DNA of 64,000 nt from Bilabrum cf. latius. Lineage: Eukaryota. This document shows, one piece after another, positions 37,301-49,300 of this stretch. The DNA lies in the NCBI GenBank assembly GCA_965178125.1, contig OZ237773.1, positions 124,001 through 188,000 on the forward strand, in the 5' to 3' direction. The notes beneath the pieces are model-generated. The model saw only the letters and a list, made by a program, of their open reading frames with translations. It did not search any database and was not told the origin of the DNA. The position numbers were made by a program, and so were the translations under genes. Numbering within the stretch: the first letter of the stretch is position 1; each line of letters starts with the position of its first letter.

Positions 37301-38137
37301 AACTTGAGCAAGAGGCTTGATACCATGCGCGATCACGTAATTGCAAGTGGCGCACTCGAAGCAGCTCGTAGCGTGCTTCAGCTCGACTCAAAGCTCGGCG
37401 TGAATACTGAGTCTGCCCGACGCTTGATCCGAAACATCTCTGCCGGGTCTGAGCGCTGCAAGCAGGCCGTGGTGGAAGCCAAAGTGCTACCGTTGATTGT
37501 AGCACACCTCGAGATGAGCAATTGCGCTATTGTGCTGGAGACATTTTGCTAGCTTGCTGCTGGACCGGAGGTTGTCAAGCGAGCAGTATTGGATGCAGGC
37601 GCGGTGTCGAGGCTCGTGCAGTACCTAGAAGAGGACGATCTGCACGCTCTCATTTCTGTGCGTACTGTTGCTCGTCTGTCCGCGGGAGATGACTCGATCA
37701 AGACCGCTATTTTGGAGCTCAAGGTGACAGATGGGCTGGTGAGTCTCCTTAGGCGAACAGAGTAGCAGCTTGCTGTGGAAGCAGCGACAGCGCTGGGACG
37801 GCTTTCACTAGCTTCTGGCGATGCCCGCTCCAAAATTATAGAGTCTGGTGCTGGTGGTGCATTGGTGCGTATCGTTGCTGCAGGTAGAGCGACAAGGACA
37901 TCCCCTTCAGTGGCTCGAGCAAGGCTTCGAAGGGCAGCACCCCCCATTCCCAGTGCGAAGCAGGTGGCGGCGGCAACGGCCCTCAGCTCGATCGTGCGCG
38001 AAGATGCGCATGTCGCTGAGCTGGCCGAGGACATGGACGCTGACGACAAGTCTAATTTGCTTGCGGTGCTGAGGGCCATTGGTGGTTGGTGCGTGGAGGA
38101 TCTGGTTAATAGGGTCGAGCGGCTGGGATAGAATTGA
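31373..38137 (+). CDS. PINK1-like pseudokinase fused to a long armadillo-repeat array (2,254 aa, single exon)
   Basis: Ten listed ORFs share one frame, interrupted by 16 TAGs and no TAA/TGA until 38135-38137. HRDLKLDN and GGNQAHLAPEV are present; DFG is replaced by SLE. Many ARM units follow (AGAVPGLVKLL, SGAIPALV, AGAMEPLVNLL). Confidence 0.88.
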
Positions 38138-38453
38138 GCACATGGCACACGGTTTGTCGCTTTGCTTGCACAATTGCTCAGAGTGCAGTGCATATCACTT
38201 GAAACCAACTGCAGCAAAGCACATCCCCCGAGTCGGGGCCCCGACAGCATGCATCATGATACAACATGCTCGACAGGTGCAAAGGCTGACCACCGCACCA
38301 CATGCCGACGCTTCATTCATACAATTGACTTCGTTTGTTTTATTCCGTTGGGATTATATTCAGCATACCCCAAGGAGAACTGCCGGACGGGGGGGTCTGA
38401 TATTTCGTGGACTCAACTCAAAAGCGCACGCTATCACGAAGAAATATCTGGAA

Positions 38454-39006
38454 CACGTGCAGGCAGTGGATGCGAGGCGATGCGGCGGCTGCTCTTGCCG
38501 CCACGGCCACGCAAGAGCTGATAGCGGCAACCAATGCGAACGCTCGGCTACAGCGACGGATGTTTAAGCCCCACGGCTTGCTAAGGGACATAGAGAGGCA
38601 ATGGGCCAAAGGCATGAGCGCGTGCATGCTAGCCTCTCTGAAGGACCGTGAGACGCAGAGACGGTCATGGAGGAGGAAATGGTGGGTCCCGGCAGGGGAC
38701 CCTGATGTGGGACTGGACCGCGCTTTGTGCCGGGCACATGCTCCGCACCTGTATGCTTTCTCCCTGTGAAGGCATCAGGCTGAGGGCTTGTGGGGGACCA
38801 CATTGATGGCGAATAAAGGGGACTCGGCGGTGTAGGCTGAGATTGGGGGGCCTTTGGCCTGAAAGGGTCGGGGGTCTTGTAGTCCTTGTTTGAGGACTCC
38901 TCTGGATTCAGGTGATCACTCGAACTCCTTCGGGGGCAACGGTGCATCTGGGTGCTTGTGGAATCTTTACCCAACAATGTATTTCTGTATTTCTGTATTT
39001 CTGGAA
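38454..39006 (+). mobile_element. 5'-truncated LINE copy (last ~105 codons, 3' UTR and (TGTATTTC)n tail)
   Basis: Close match to 50892-51443, with mostly synonymous differences in the coding part. Ends aatgtatttctgtatttctgtatttctggaa. Confidence 0.9.
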
Positions 39007-41508
39007 ATCACGGTGGGAGAGTACCCCAGCGCGCTCTCTGTCACGCTCGTAGCAGAGATCACGAGGGTGCCCATTATGAGCATCGCAGTTGCAGGAGAGA
39101 ATTTCTCCCTCCAGCGCCACCTGCCGAGCTCGACTCAGACGATGGGATCGATAGGGGCATGCGGATGCGTCAGGATGTCAGGAGGACATTATTCCGCGGT
39201 ACGGCTAGCGGACCTGCCACTGAGTATGAGAAATGACACGGGGCTGCGCGGCCCCACATTTTCGTCAGGAAGCAAGTCCCTTCAGCAAACCCTTACATCG
39301 ATCCCACACAGTGTTGCCGAGTACCTTTGGGGCCCTAGTGGTGGTGGAACTGTGCTATTGACCTCCCCGTATGATGCACTTGAACCACTAGTAGTAGGAG
39401 TCAGCAGTCTCTTTGGTCCTCCAGAGCGTGTATCCTGGTAGGGGTGCGCGTAGCTCCCTCTTGCGGTCCTGTCTGGCCTTGACCCAAGCTCCATCACCAT
39501 GAACGATCTCCGCACTTTCTTTGGTGAGACAGGGGAAGGTATATAGGGCCTCAGCCTCCGAGGACTTACACTAGCGGTTATGGCCTTGGCACAGCGCCAG
39601 GGGGGCTCAGTGCGGTTATACCCAGCAGACAAGGAGGGGAACAGCCTTGCTAAGTGGTGCGAGCGTCTCAGCTCGGAGGCCATCGATGCTCAACCGATTC
39701 AGGGCTTGGTAAACATTGCCATCTCCCACACCCACTGTGAGGTCTTTGTCCCTACTGGACTTAATCCACCAGGTGGGAGCAGGGCCAGGGAGCATGCCTG
39801 CATGATGTTACGACCTGAGCAACGCGAGGAGGATGGAGATGCGGATGTCAGAATTGTTCGCACACTGTCGACGAGAGGGGAGCTGAACATGGAACCGGCC
39901 ATGGTCCTATCAGTCCGCCTTGGAGATCAGCGGAGAACACCAATGGCTGGGGCGGCACTACTCGGAGACCTCCGAGCTATGCTCACGGATGAGCAAAGAA
40001 ACGACAGGTCCTGGGTCCCGGAGTGTTTTCCTATCATCGGCACCAACTCTGCAATGTTGGCAGAGAGAGAATCTGTGTGGTTGGTCCCCCCAGGGACAAG
40101 CACGGCCCATCAGCCACGGGGCAAACAGGACGAAACAGGAGGCTGGGGCCTGCACAGGATTAGGGACACGAGTCTTACCTCCAAGCAGGTCCGGATTGCA
40201 ACCAAGAACCTGGGGCGTAAAGGGAACCTGGAGGCGATTGAGGTTGCCCTCACGGAGACCTAGATGCCTGACGTGTTCATTGGCACGGAGATTCAGGACG
40301 CGAGAGGACGCTACGTCACCGATGTCACAGACCTGTACGCGATAGAGACCAGAGCAGGAGACGGGGCCCCGCACGGGGTATGTATCGCCGTTAAACGCGA
40401 CTCAGGTCTTATATTGAGACGGTGGGCAGACATGGAAGACGAAGACCTGGACGCGCCGGACTGTCTTGTATCGGTAAGACTTGGGATCAGGCCCGACTGA
40501 TTCCGAGTCGTTCGGGTCCTGGTTTGTGCTCCCGAGGCACTTCCCTTGAGGCAAGTGCTCGAGTGGAGGCTGAGACGCAACACGCAGCGCCACAGATATA
40601 AAGATCTGGGCACTGGAGTTCTGTTGAAAGGTGGTGCCCACGAATTCTCTGGAATTTACCGACTGTTGGCCACCGACGGGTCCGAAATGCCAACACTCAC
40701 GCTGCAACTCAACGCCATGCGTACTCGCCTGCTTAGCGTATCACTCTTAGTGCGAATGTTGGTTTGAACTATTAACGAACTATTGGAGGGCGTACAAAGT
40801 GCGGCCGGTAGCGAGTTCCCGGGGTATCTGAAGTTAACCGCAAAATTTTGACCCGGCTCGTGCCGCATCCGTGACGGCCTGGGAGCCGCAGCCGCAGCCA
40901 AGCTTACCTTTTGTGGATGCAAGGAAGCACTAGCGGAACCGGAATGCGCGTATAAGTCATGCGAGACCGCGGACCAGGCACAGCAACGCCGGCGAGATCA
41001 TTTTCTCGTCAGCATGGCTCCCACTCTAGTTCTCTTCACAGAAATGAGCTCGAAACCACGGCCACAGGCGGTAGCAGCCATGGTCGACTCTTTCCCTAAG
41101 CTAGGGCGGTCCGCCGAAGGCGACGAGTCGCCACTGATGGTGCGGGTGTTCCGGTGGACCATGCTCGACGGCACGCCAACAGGTGCGCAGCTAGCGTGCG
41201 ACCTCCTCCAGATGACGGCGATGCGGCACCTCATCAGCCTGCAGAACGCGGCAATAACTGGGGCAGTGGATACGGCGGCAGCCACCGGGTGGCCGAGGCG
41301 AACGGCACCCACGGAGTAGGCGCCCGGCGGGCCTGACGTGTCGAGCACGGACGCCGTAGAGCTGGAGGACATCAAACCGTAGTGCTGGAGGAGGCCCAGC
41401 TCGTGAAGTATCTGGTGGCTGCCAGCCTCGAGCTCTCCGCATCGTGGAACTTCTCAATCGCGCAGGAGAAGGCGGAGGCAGCGGCGCCCGGTGCAGGAAG
41501 TGGCGCAA

Positions 41509-44500
41509 GGAGAGTGCTCCGACGTCGCCGCGCCACTACTCCGGTAGCGGCAGCAGTGGGGTACCCTCGGGCGCTGAGGTTGTAGCTGGATCAAGCAGGA
41601 GAGCGTGACCTACACCCGTGCGCCAGATTCCGCTGCTGAACGTGCCAAGGCGACGCTGGCTGCCAGACGTGGGGCCAGCCGCATCGCCGCGACACAAGTA
41701 CTTGGCCGGGGCGGGGCCTCAGGTAGTGCTTCTTCGTCATCGTCTTCCAGCTCCGTTCCTAGAAGGGATATAGCCGACAGTAGGGGGAAAGATGGGCTTG
41801 GACTCACACTCCTACCGTCGAGCGGGTCCCACGCTGGGGTGGCTGTGCGGCACTTACGGGCCCCGCCCAGCTCTGCTTTGCGTACAACCGATCAACTCTC
41901 GGGAGACCTATTGGCTGCCTCTCCTTCAGCCCCGGATGTGCGTCTGCCCTCTTATAGGGCAGATCTGCCGGGGCCTCGGGGGTTGACGCCGTAGGCTCTA
42001 TTCAACGAGGGCTCGCCGGTGGGAAACAGGCAGAGGTATCTGATGGGGATGACGACGAGGGGGCAGCAGACTCTGCGGCTGGTGAGAGCCGAGCACATCG
42101 TGGTGTAGACTCTGCGGCTGGTGAGTGCAGCGCCATCTTGGGTTTACTTGGGATGGCGTGGTCTTGATGGCACCAGCGTGCGCCTGCTGCGGACCGCCGT
42201 GCTGTGGATGTCAGCCTGGCGAGCCCTTGGCGGGTCGCTTTGCGTCATCTAGTAGATCGACTTGGGCTTGATTGGTCTTCAGAACGCCAGTGTGCGCCTG
42301 CCATAGACTGTCTTGCTGTGGAGGGCAGCTTGGCGAGCCGGTGGGAAGGGCACCCACGGAGTGCAGGTGCTCGGCGGGCCTGACGTGTCGGGCTCAAGGC
42401 GCAGTCAAGCTGCAGGACGTGCAGACCGTGGTGATGGAGGAGGCCATACTCGCAAATGATGTAGTGGCCGCCGTCCTCGAGCTTTCCGCAGCGGGGAAAT
42501 CCTCCATAGCGCAAAAACGAAAGCGGCGGCAGCAGCGCCCGGTTCAGGAGGGACGCCGACGTGGGCGGGGAGAGTGCTCCGACGTCGCCGGCGCCACTAC
42601 TCCGGTAGCGGCAGCAGTGGGGTACCCTCGGGCGCTGAGGTTGTAGCTGGATCAAGCAGGAGAGCATGACCTACACCCGTGAGCCAGATTCCGCTGCTGA
42701 ACGTGCCAAGGCGACGCTGGCTGCCGGAGGTGGGGCCAGCCGTATCGCCGCGACACAAGTACTTGGCCGGGGCGGGGCCTCAGGTAGTGCTTCTTCGTCA
42801 TCGTCTTCCAGCTCCGTTCCTAGAAGGGATATAGCCGACAGTAGGGGGAAAGATGGGCTTGGACCCACACTCCTACCGTCGAGCGGGTCCCACGCTGGGG
42901 TGGCTGTGCGGCCCTTACGAGCCCCGCCCAGCTCTGCTTTGCGTACAACCGATCAACTCTCGGGAGACCTATTGGCTGCCTCTCCTTCAGCCCCGGATGT
43001 GCGTCTGCCCTCTTATAGGGCAGATCTGCCGGGGCCTCGGGGGTTGACGCCGTAGGCTCTATTCAACGAGGGCTCGCCGGTGGGAAACAGGCAGAGGTAT
43101 CTGATGGGGATGACGACGAGGGGGCAGCAGACTCTGCGGCTGGTGAGAGCCGAGCACATCGTGGTGTAGACTCTGCGGCTGGTGAGTGCAGCGCCATCTT
43201 GGGTTTACTTGGGAGGACGTGGTCTTGATGGCACCAGCGTGCGCCTGCTGCGGACCGCCGTGCTGTGGATGTCAGCCTGGCGAGCCCTTGGCGGGTCGCT
43301 TTGCGTCATCTAGTAGATCGACTTGGGCTTGATTGGTCTTCAGAACGCCAGTGTGCGCCTGCCATAGACTGTCTAGGGTACCCACGGAGTGCGGGCGCCC
43401 GGCGGGCCTGACGTGTCGGGCACACGCAGTAAAGCTGGAGGACGCGCAAACCGGAGTGATAGAGGAGGCCACACTCACGACGGGGCTGGTGGCCGCCGCG
43501 CTCGAGGCCTCCGTAGCAGCAGTGTTATACCGTTGAGCGCTGAGGTTGTAGCTGGATCAAGCAGGAGAGCGTGACCTACACCCGTGAGCCAGATTCCGCT
43601 GCTGAACGTGCCAAGGCGACGCTGGCTGCCAGACGTGGGGCCAGCCGCATCGCCGCGACACAAGTACTTGGCCGGGGCGGGGCCTCAGGTAATGCTTCTT
43701 CGTCATCGTCTTCCAGCTCCGTTCCTAGAAGGGATATAGCCGACAGTAGGGGGAAAGATGGGCTTGGACCCACACTCCTACCGTCGAGCGGGTCCCACGC
43801 TGGGGTGGCTGTGCGGCACTTACGAGCCCCGCCCAGCTCTGCTTTGCGTACAACCGATCAACTCTCGGGAGACCTATTGGCTGCCTCTCCTTCAGCCCCG
43901 GGTGTGCGTCTGCCCTCTTATAGGGCAGATCTGCCGAGGCCTCGGGGGTTGACGCCGTAGGCTCTATTCGACGAGGGCTCCCCGGTGGGAAACAGGCAGA
44001 GGTATCTGATGGGGATGACGACGAGGGGGCAGCAGACTCTGCGGCTGGTGAGTGCCGAGCACATCGTGGTGCAGACTCTGCGGCTAGTGAGAGCCGAGCA
44101 CATCGTGGTGCAGGCCCGGCGGCTAGTGAGAGAAGCGCACATCGGGGTGCAGACTCTGCGGCTGGTGAGAGCCGAGCACATCGTAGTGCAGGCTCGGCGG
44201 CTGCTGTGAGCAGCGCGCCTCGCTGTAGATGCCAGCTGCCTCTCCTCCCGCTCCGGATGTGCGTCTTGCCCTCTTTAGGGCAGCTCTGCCGAGGCGACTA
44301 GGGTTGACGCCGTAGGCTCTATTCAACGAGGGCTCGCCGGTGGGAAGCAGGCAGAGGTATCTGATGGGGATGACGACGAGGAGACTCTGCGGCTAAGGTG
44401 AGCAGAGCATATCGTGGTGCAGGCCCGGCGGCTGGTGAGAGCAGAGCACATCGTGGTGCAGACTATGAGGCTGGTGAGAGCAGAGCACATCGTGGTGCAG

Positions 44501-45210
44501 ACTCTGCGGCTGCTGTGAGCAGAGCACATCGTAGTGCAGACTCAGCGGCTGGTGTGAGCAGAGCACATCGTGGTGCAGACTATGAGGCTGGTGAGAGCAG
44601 AGCACATCGTGGTGCAGACTCTGCGGCTGCTGTGAGCAGAGCACATCGTGGTGCGGACTCAGCGGCTGGTGTGAGCAGAGCACATCGTGGTGCAGACTCA
44701 GCGGCTGGTGTGAGCAGAGCATTTCGTAGTGCAGGCTCGGCGGCTGCTGTGAGCAGCGCGCCTCGCTGTAGATGCCAGCTGCCTCTCCTCCCGCTCCGGA
44801 TGTGCGTCTTGCCCTCTTATAGGGCAGCTCTGCCGAGGCGACTAGGGTTGACGCCGTAGGCTCTATTCAACGAGGGCTCGCCGGTGGGAAACGGGCAGAG
44901 GTATCTGATGGTGATGACGACGAGGAGACTCTGCGGCTAAGGTGAGCAGAGCACATCGTGGTGCAGGCCCGGCGGCTGGTGAGAGCAGAGCACATCGTGG
45001 TGCAGACTCAGCGGCTGGTGTGAGCAGAGCACATCGTGGTGCAGACTCTGCGGCTGCTGTGAGCAGAGCACATCGTGGTGCAGGCCCGGCGGCTGGTGAG
45101 AGCAGAGCACATCGTGGTGCAGACTCTGCGGCTGGTGAGAGCCGAGCACATCGTGGTGCAGACTATGAGGCTGGTGAGAGCAGAGCACATCGTGGTGCAG
45201 ACTCTGAGGC
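41509..45210 (+). repeat. Nested tandem repeats: ~0.9-1.06-kb units (three) and 39-bp minisatellite arrays
   Basis: MTYTRxPDSAAERAK ORFs recur at 41605, 42666 and 43571. The unit gtgagagcagagcacatcgtggtgcagactctgcggctg forms arrays at ~44030-44210, 44385-44750 and 44927-45210. Confidence 0.92.
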
Positions 45211-45479
45211 TGGAGGGATCAGAGTGCATTATGGGTATACTTGCTCTTGCTGGGGCTTGATGGCGCATGTGCGCGCCTGCCAGTGGCCGCCTTGCTGTCA
45301 AAGTCAGCCAGGCGAGCCGGGGTGGGCTGCTTCGCGTCGGCTGCCACAGAGTTGGGCTTGCTTGGTCTCGATGGCGCTTGGGTGCGCCTGCCATACGCTG
45401 CAGTGCGGTTGATGTCAGCCTGGCGAGCCGGCGCGAGTGGCTTCGCGTCGTCCAGTAGGTAGACTGTTGATAGACTTCG

Positions 45480-46340
45480 GCCCCAACGGCACCACGATTG
45501 CGGAGGCGATCAAGAATCTTGACCGGATCCCTGCCCATATGGTGCTGCGCATGGAGCGCGGCAATCTCCAGGGCTCCACGCTCAGGTCAACCTTCTCCAC
45601 GTGTCGAGATATATCGACGTGACGGGCTGCATCTCCATCCCCCGACACATCCGGAACGACCAACACGGTGATGGTAGGCAGGGACAAGAGGCTGCACGAC
45701 GTGGGCAACCGGAAGAAGCGTGCTCCCATCATCTAGATGGAGCACCGCAATGGTCACAGACGGCGGGCCCAAGGCGGGCAAACCCGAAGAGATCCTTGCC
45801 CTCGAGGCTCCACTAGTGGGCATCGGCGGCACGTGTCGCGGCAACGAGCTGCGGTCCCGGACCATGGATGACGCGAGTATGATGTACAAGGGCAAGTGCA
45901 CATATATGGCCATGTTCTCTCTCTGGAAGACAACAGCTGTAAGGGACACGCTGTAGGCAGTGCTCATCCCAATGGGCCAGACCGCACTGAAGCGACTGGA
46001 CGAGGTGCATCAGCGAACCACGATCTGGGGGACATTGCAGTAGACTAGCCGGCTGCGGCGACGACCCTGCTGACTCCAAGACCTATCGGTTCGTGAATTC
46101 GGACGCCAAGACAACAAAGCGTTGGTAAGCAAGCTGGACGACAGCCATCAGGAGGATGATGGAGGCGTACTGCACGGGCACGAGCGAGATCACGGAGTCC
46201 TTCAGCACGCACTCTAGGCGAACAGGCAACAGTTGCCGCCGTGGGTGTTATGTACAAGCACGCCGACTGGAAGTCGTTGGAGAATGCCGTGTACTGCATG
46301 AGCAAGGACCACTTGCCCAAGCTGGCTGTGGCGTTCAAGA
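45480..46340 (+). pseudogene. Tyrosine recombinase remnant
   Basis: Frameshifted motifs in the expected order: LQGSTLRSTFS, GTCRGNELRSRTMDD (box I Arg), LWKT (Lys), FSTHSRRTG (HxxR), KHADWKSLENAVY (Trp...Tyr). Confidence 0.75.
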
Positions 46341-49300
46341 AGGCAGTAGCGGAGCTCTAAGGAATGAGTCAGAATGGCGAGAGGACAACGGACGGGCGCC
46401 CCTCCCGTCCGAGTAGCATCAATGTGGTGTGGGGCTGCCGAGGCGGGCAGCCCTTGGGTGAGGCTGGTGCGGGCCAGCTCACCCCGTCCCCATCGCCGTC
46501 TTTCTCAGCAAATACCAACCGGCAGGTTGGACAGAGATTAATTATGCCATCGTATTATAACAAATCGGGACCCGGTAAGACTTGGGATCAGGCCCGACTG
46601 ATTCCGAGTCGTTCGGGTCCTGGTTTGTGCTCCCGAGGCACTTCCCTTGAGGCAAGTGCTCGAGTGGAGGCTGAAACGCAACACGCAGCGCCACAGATAT
46701 AAAGATCTGGGCACTGGAGTTCTGTTGAAAGCCCGCCCACCCGTGAGCTCATGGAGGGTCTACGGCAGGACAGACTGGCTGCGGTGCAGGATGCTACCTG
46801 CTGATCCGGCCAACTGGTCCCTGCTTGACATGTTTTATGTGTGATTGATATCAAACCTGCCGGCAGGGAGCTCACGTTCCCTGACGACGACCGGGACGTG
46901 GTGGTGTGGGGCTGCCGAGGCGGGCAGCCCTTGGGTGAGGCTGGTGCGGGCCAGCTCACCCCGTCCCCATCGCCGTCTTTCTCAGCAAATACCAACCGGC
47001 AGGTTGGACAGAGATTAATTATGCCATCGTATTATAACAAATCGGGACCGCGATGTCCTGCACCATGGTCGATGCATGCTGACTGTGATAGCCTGCTACA
47101 ACCCACCACAAGGAGCTGCCCTTGGAGCAGAAACGAGAGGCTCAGTACTGGGCAAGGCTTTCGTGGTCGACTCACATCTGACCCTAGGGCAACGACGGAG
47201 CCAAGGACCGGCAGGTAACTTTACCAGGGACCGACTCGTGATTGCCGGCGACTTCAACCCGACACAGGAGCGGGACCAATCCGGATAGGGAGCTGGCCAC
47301 ATGGACTGGTACCTGGAGAATGACATGGGAATGATCGACATGTACCGCGCACCCGCAGGAGACGGGCCCACGCATAGAAGAGGCAACACATTAGATGCCA
47401 TCTGCATCTCCACATCAGCGCAGCTGCAGCTAGTTTCCAGTGAAGTGGCCCAGGAGCCAGGCACCTACTCAGACCACACGGGAGTAATTACAGACTTGCT
47501 GGTCGCTATCCCTGAAGCGGAGGAGGAACAGGCAACCCGGCGAGTAGACGAGGCCCCAACTGCAATGGAGCAAGATAATGACGCCTCCTTCAGGGCAGCG
47601 TACTCACGGATGTTTGGCATGCAACTGCAGCAGCAACGCCTGGTCTGGGACCACTACGTCAAGGAATTTGAGTTCGTCACAAGCACAGCCCGTGACATTA
47701 CGTGCCGCGTGCTCGACGCAATCCGCGACTTCAAAAGAACGATGGGTACTCCGGCTGACCGAGATGCTGCAGGGCAAGCGGTGACGCAGGCTGTGTCCTC
47801 CGTCAAGCTGCTTCTGCAAGGATGCTTCACTGCAGCAGTCGATACGGTGGCAGGCCGACAGACGACGAGGACTGCACAGGAGGGGCACGCGGAGGTGTCA
47901 CGAAAGCGCCACCATAGGATCTGGGCGGCACGGACAAGATGGGCTGAGACCTGGGGAGAAGCCCAAGCTAGCCTGAAGGCCCTCATAGCGGGACCCGCTA
48001 CTGAGCAAGCACTCTCAGAGGCCAGAGCACGCCTAGCAGCGCATCGCCGAGCCAGCCTACGCCTCCAAGAGCGACAGAGGGGGCTCGATGGACGGATGCA
48101 GGCAACATTCTGGGGTAGCACGGAGGTGAACCAGCAGGCACAGGAGGGGTAGGAGTACTGGAAGATGCTCCTCTCCAACCTGGACCACGACCGACGAGCT
48201 GTCTTCGAGACCACAGAGAGAGGAGCTCGCAGGACGGGCCAAGCATTACGGAACATGCTGGGAACAGCCAGCCCGAGGGAAGCCCACCGACGGATTACCG
48301 ATGCGATCTCTCGGAGGCAACGGTCTGTACCAGGACTGGAGCCGATCACCAACCCAGAAGGAGAGGTACTCATGGATATCGAGGACGTCCTGGAGGCACA
48401 CGCACAGCAGCTCTCTCTTGCAGGAGGAGATGGAAGTGCGGATGTGGACGGATTCATGACCAGGGTTACGCCACACATGCCCAGGGCAGCGGCACCACTC
48501 AACCTGTACTGCAGGTCGAATGCAGAGGTGGACCAAGCACTGGACAGGATCAAGCACAACAAAGCTGTGGGACCGGACGGGATCAGGGCTGAACTGCTGA
48601 TCAAATGCAAGCCCAGCTCCGAGGAGGATGGGCACATGCGGCGAAGCGATGCGCTGCTGTTCCTACTCAGAGCCATCTATAATCTCACCCTCTTCTCGGG
48701 AATACAGCCCGAGGCCTTCCAAGAGGGGTTCATGAGGCCGGTCTCCAAGCGCAAGCAAGGCACAGGAGTCCCAGGAGTCGACGAATTCAGGCCAATATGC
48801 TGGACATCGGCGCTTTCGAAAGTGGTGAGTACTATCGCAAACCAGAAGGTCATGTGGTACTGCGAAAAGCACGGACTCTTTGGACAGGACCAGGCTGGTT
48901 TTCGCATTGGAAAAAACTGTCAGCAGGCCTACTCAGCGGTGATGGAATGGATCACTCAACGAGGAGGGGCTGGAGGTTTCCTGGTGTTCTTCGATATCAA
49001 GGGAGCCTTCGACAGCTGCAAGTGGAACGTCACCGAGGCCATCATGACGGAGCAAGGATGGGGACGCCAGACGATACGCTTCCTGATGGCCCGCATGCAG
49101 GTGGCCATCCGCGTCCGAGACCCACACACCAGAAAGGTCTCTACCAGAGTGCAGAAGACGGCGGGCACCCCACAAGGGGAGATCCTGTCCCCCACTATCT
49201 TCCTGGTACTGATGGGGGTCCTATTGGAGACGCTACGGAAAGAGAGGCTCCAACACGGACACCAACAAAGGATCATTACCGTCACTGGACGATATGTGGA

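Larger units (their letters stand above)
40472..47049 (+). mobile_element. Ngaro-type tyrosine-recombinase retrotransposon, non-autonomous and degenerate
   Basis: Split direct repeats A1 40472-40630, B1 46424-46572, A2 46573-46731, B2 46901-47049. Decayed ORF1 at ~40690-41600 and a YR remnant. No target-site duplication; excision restores the LINE frame. Confidence 0.88.

Noticed and set aside
31373-38137. In-frame stops read as pseudogenisation
   Set aside because: All 16 are TAG with no TAA, TGA or frameshift. Random decay would not be codon-specific, and the pattern holds in conserved genes such as FAHD1.
44030-45210. 39-bp repeats as a CRISPR array
   Set aside because: Head-to-tail units without unique spacers, no cas genes, eukaryotic context.
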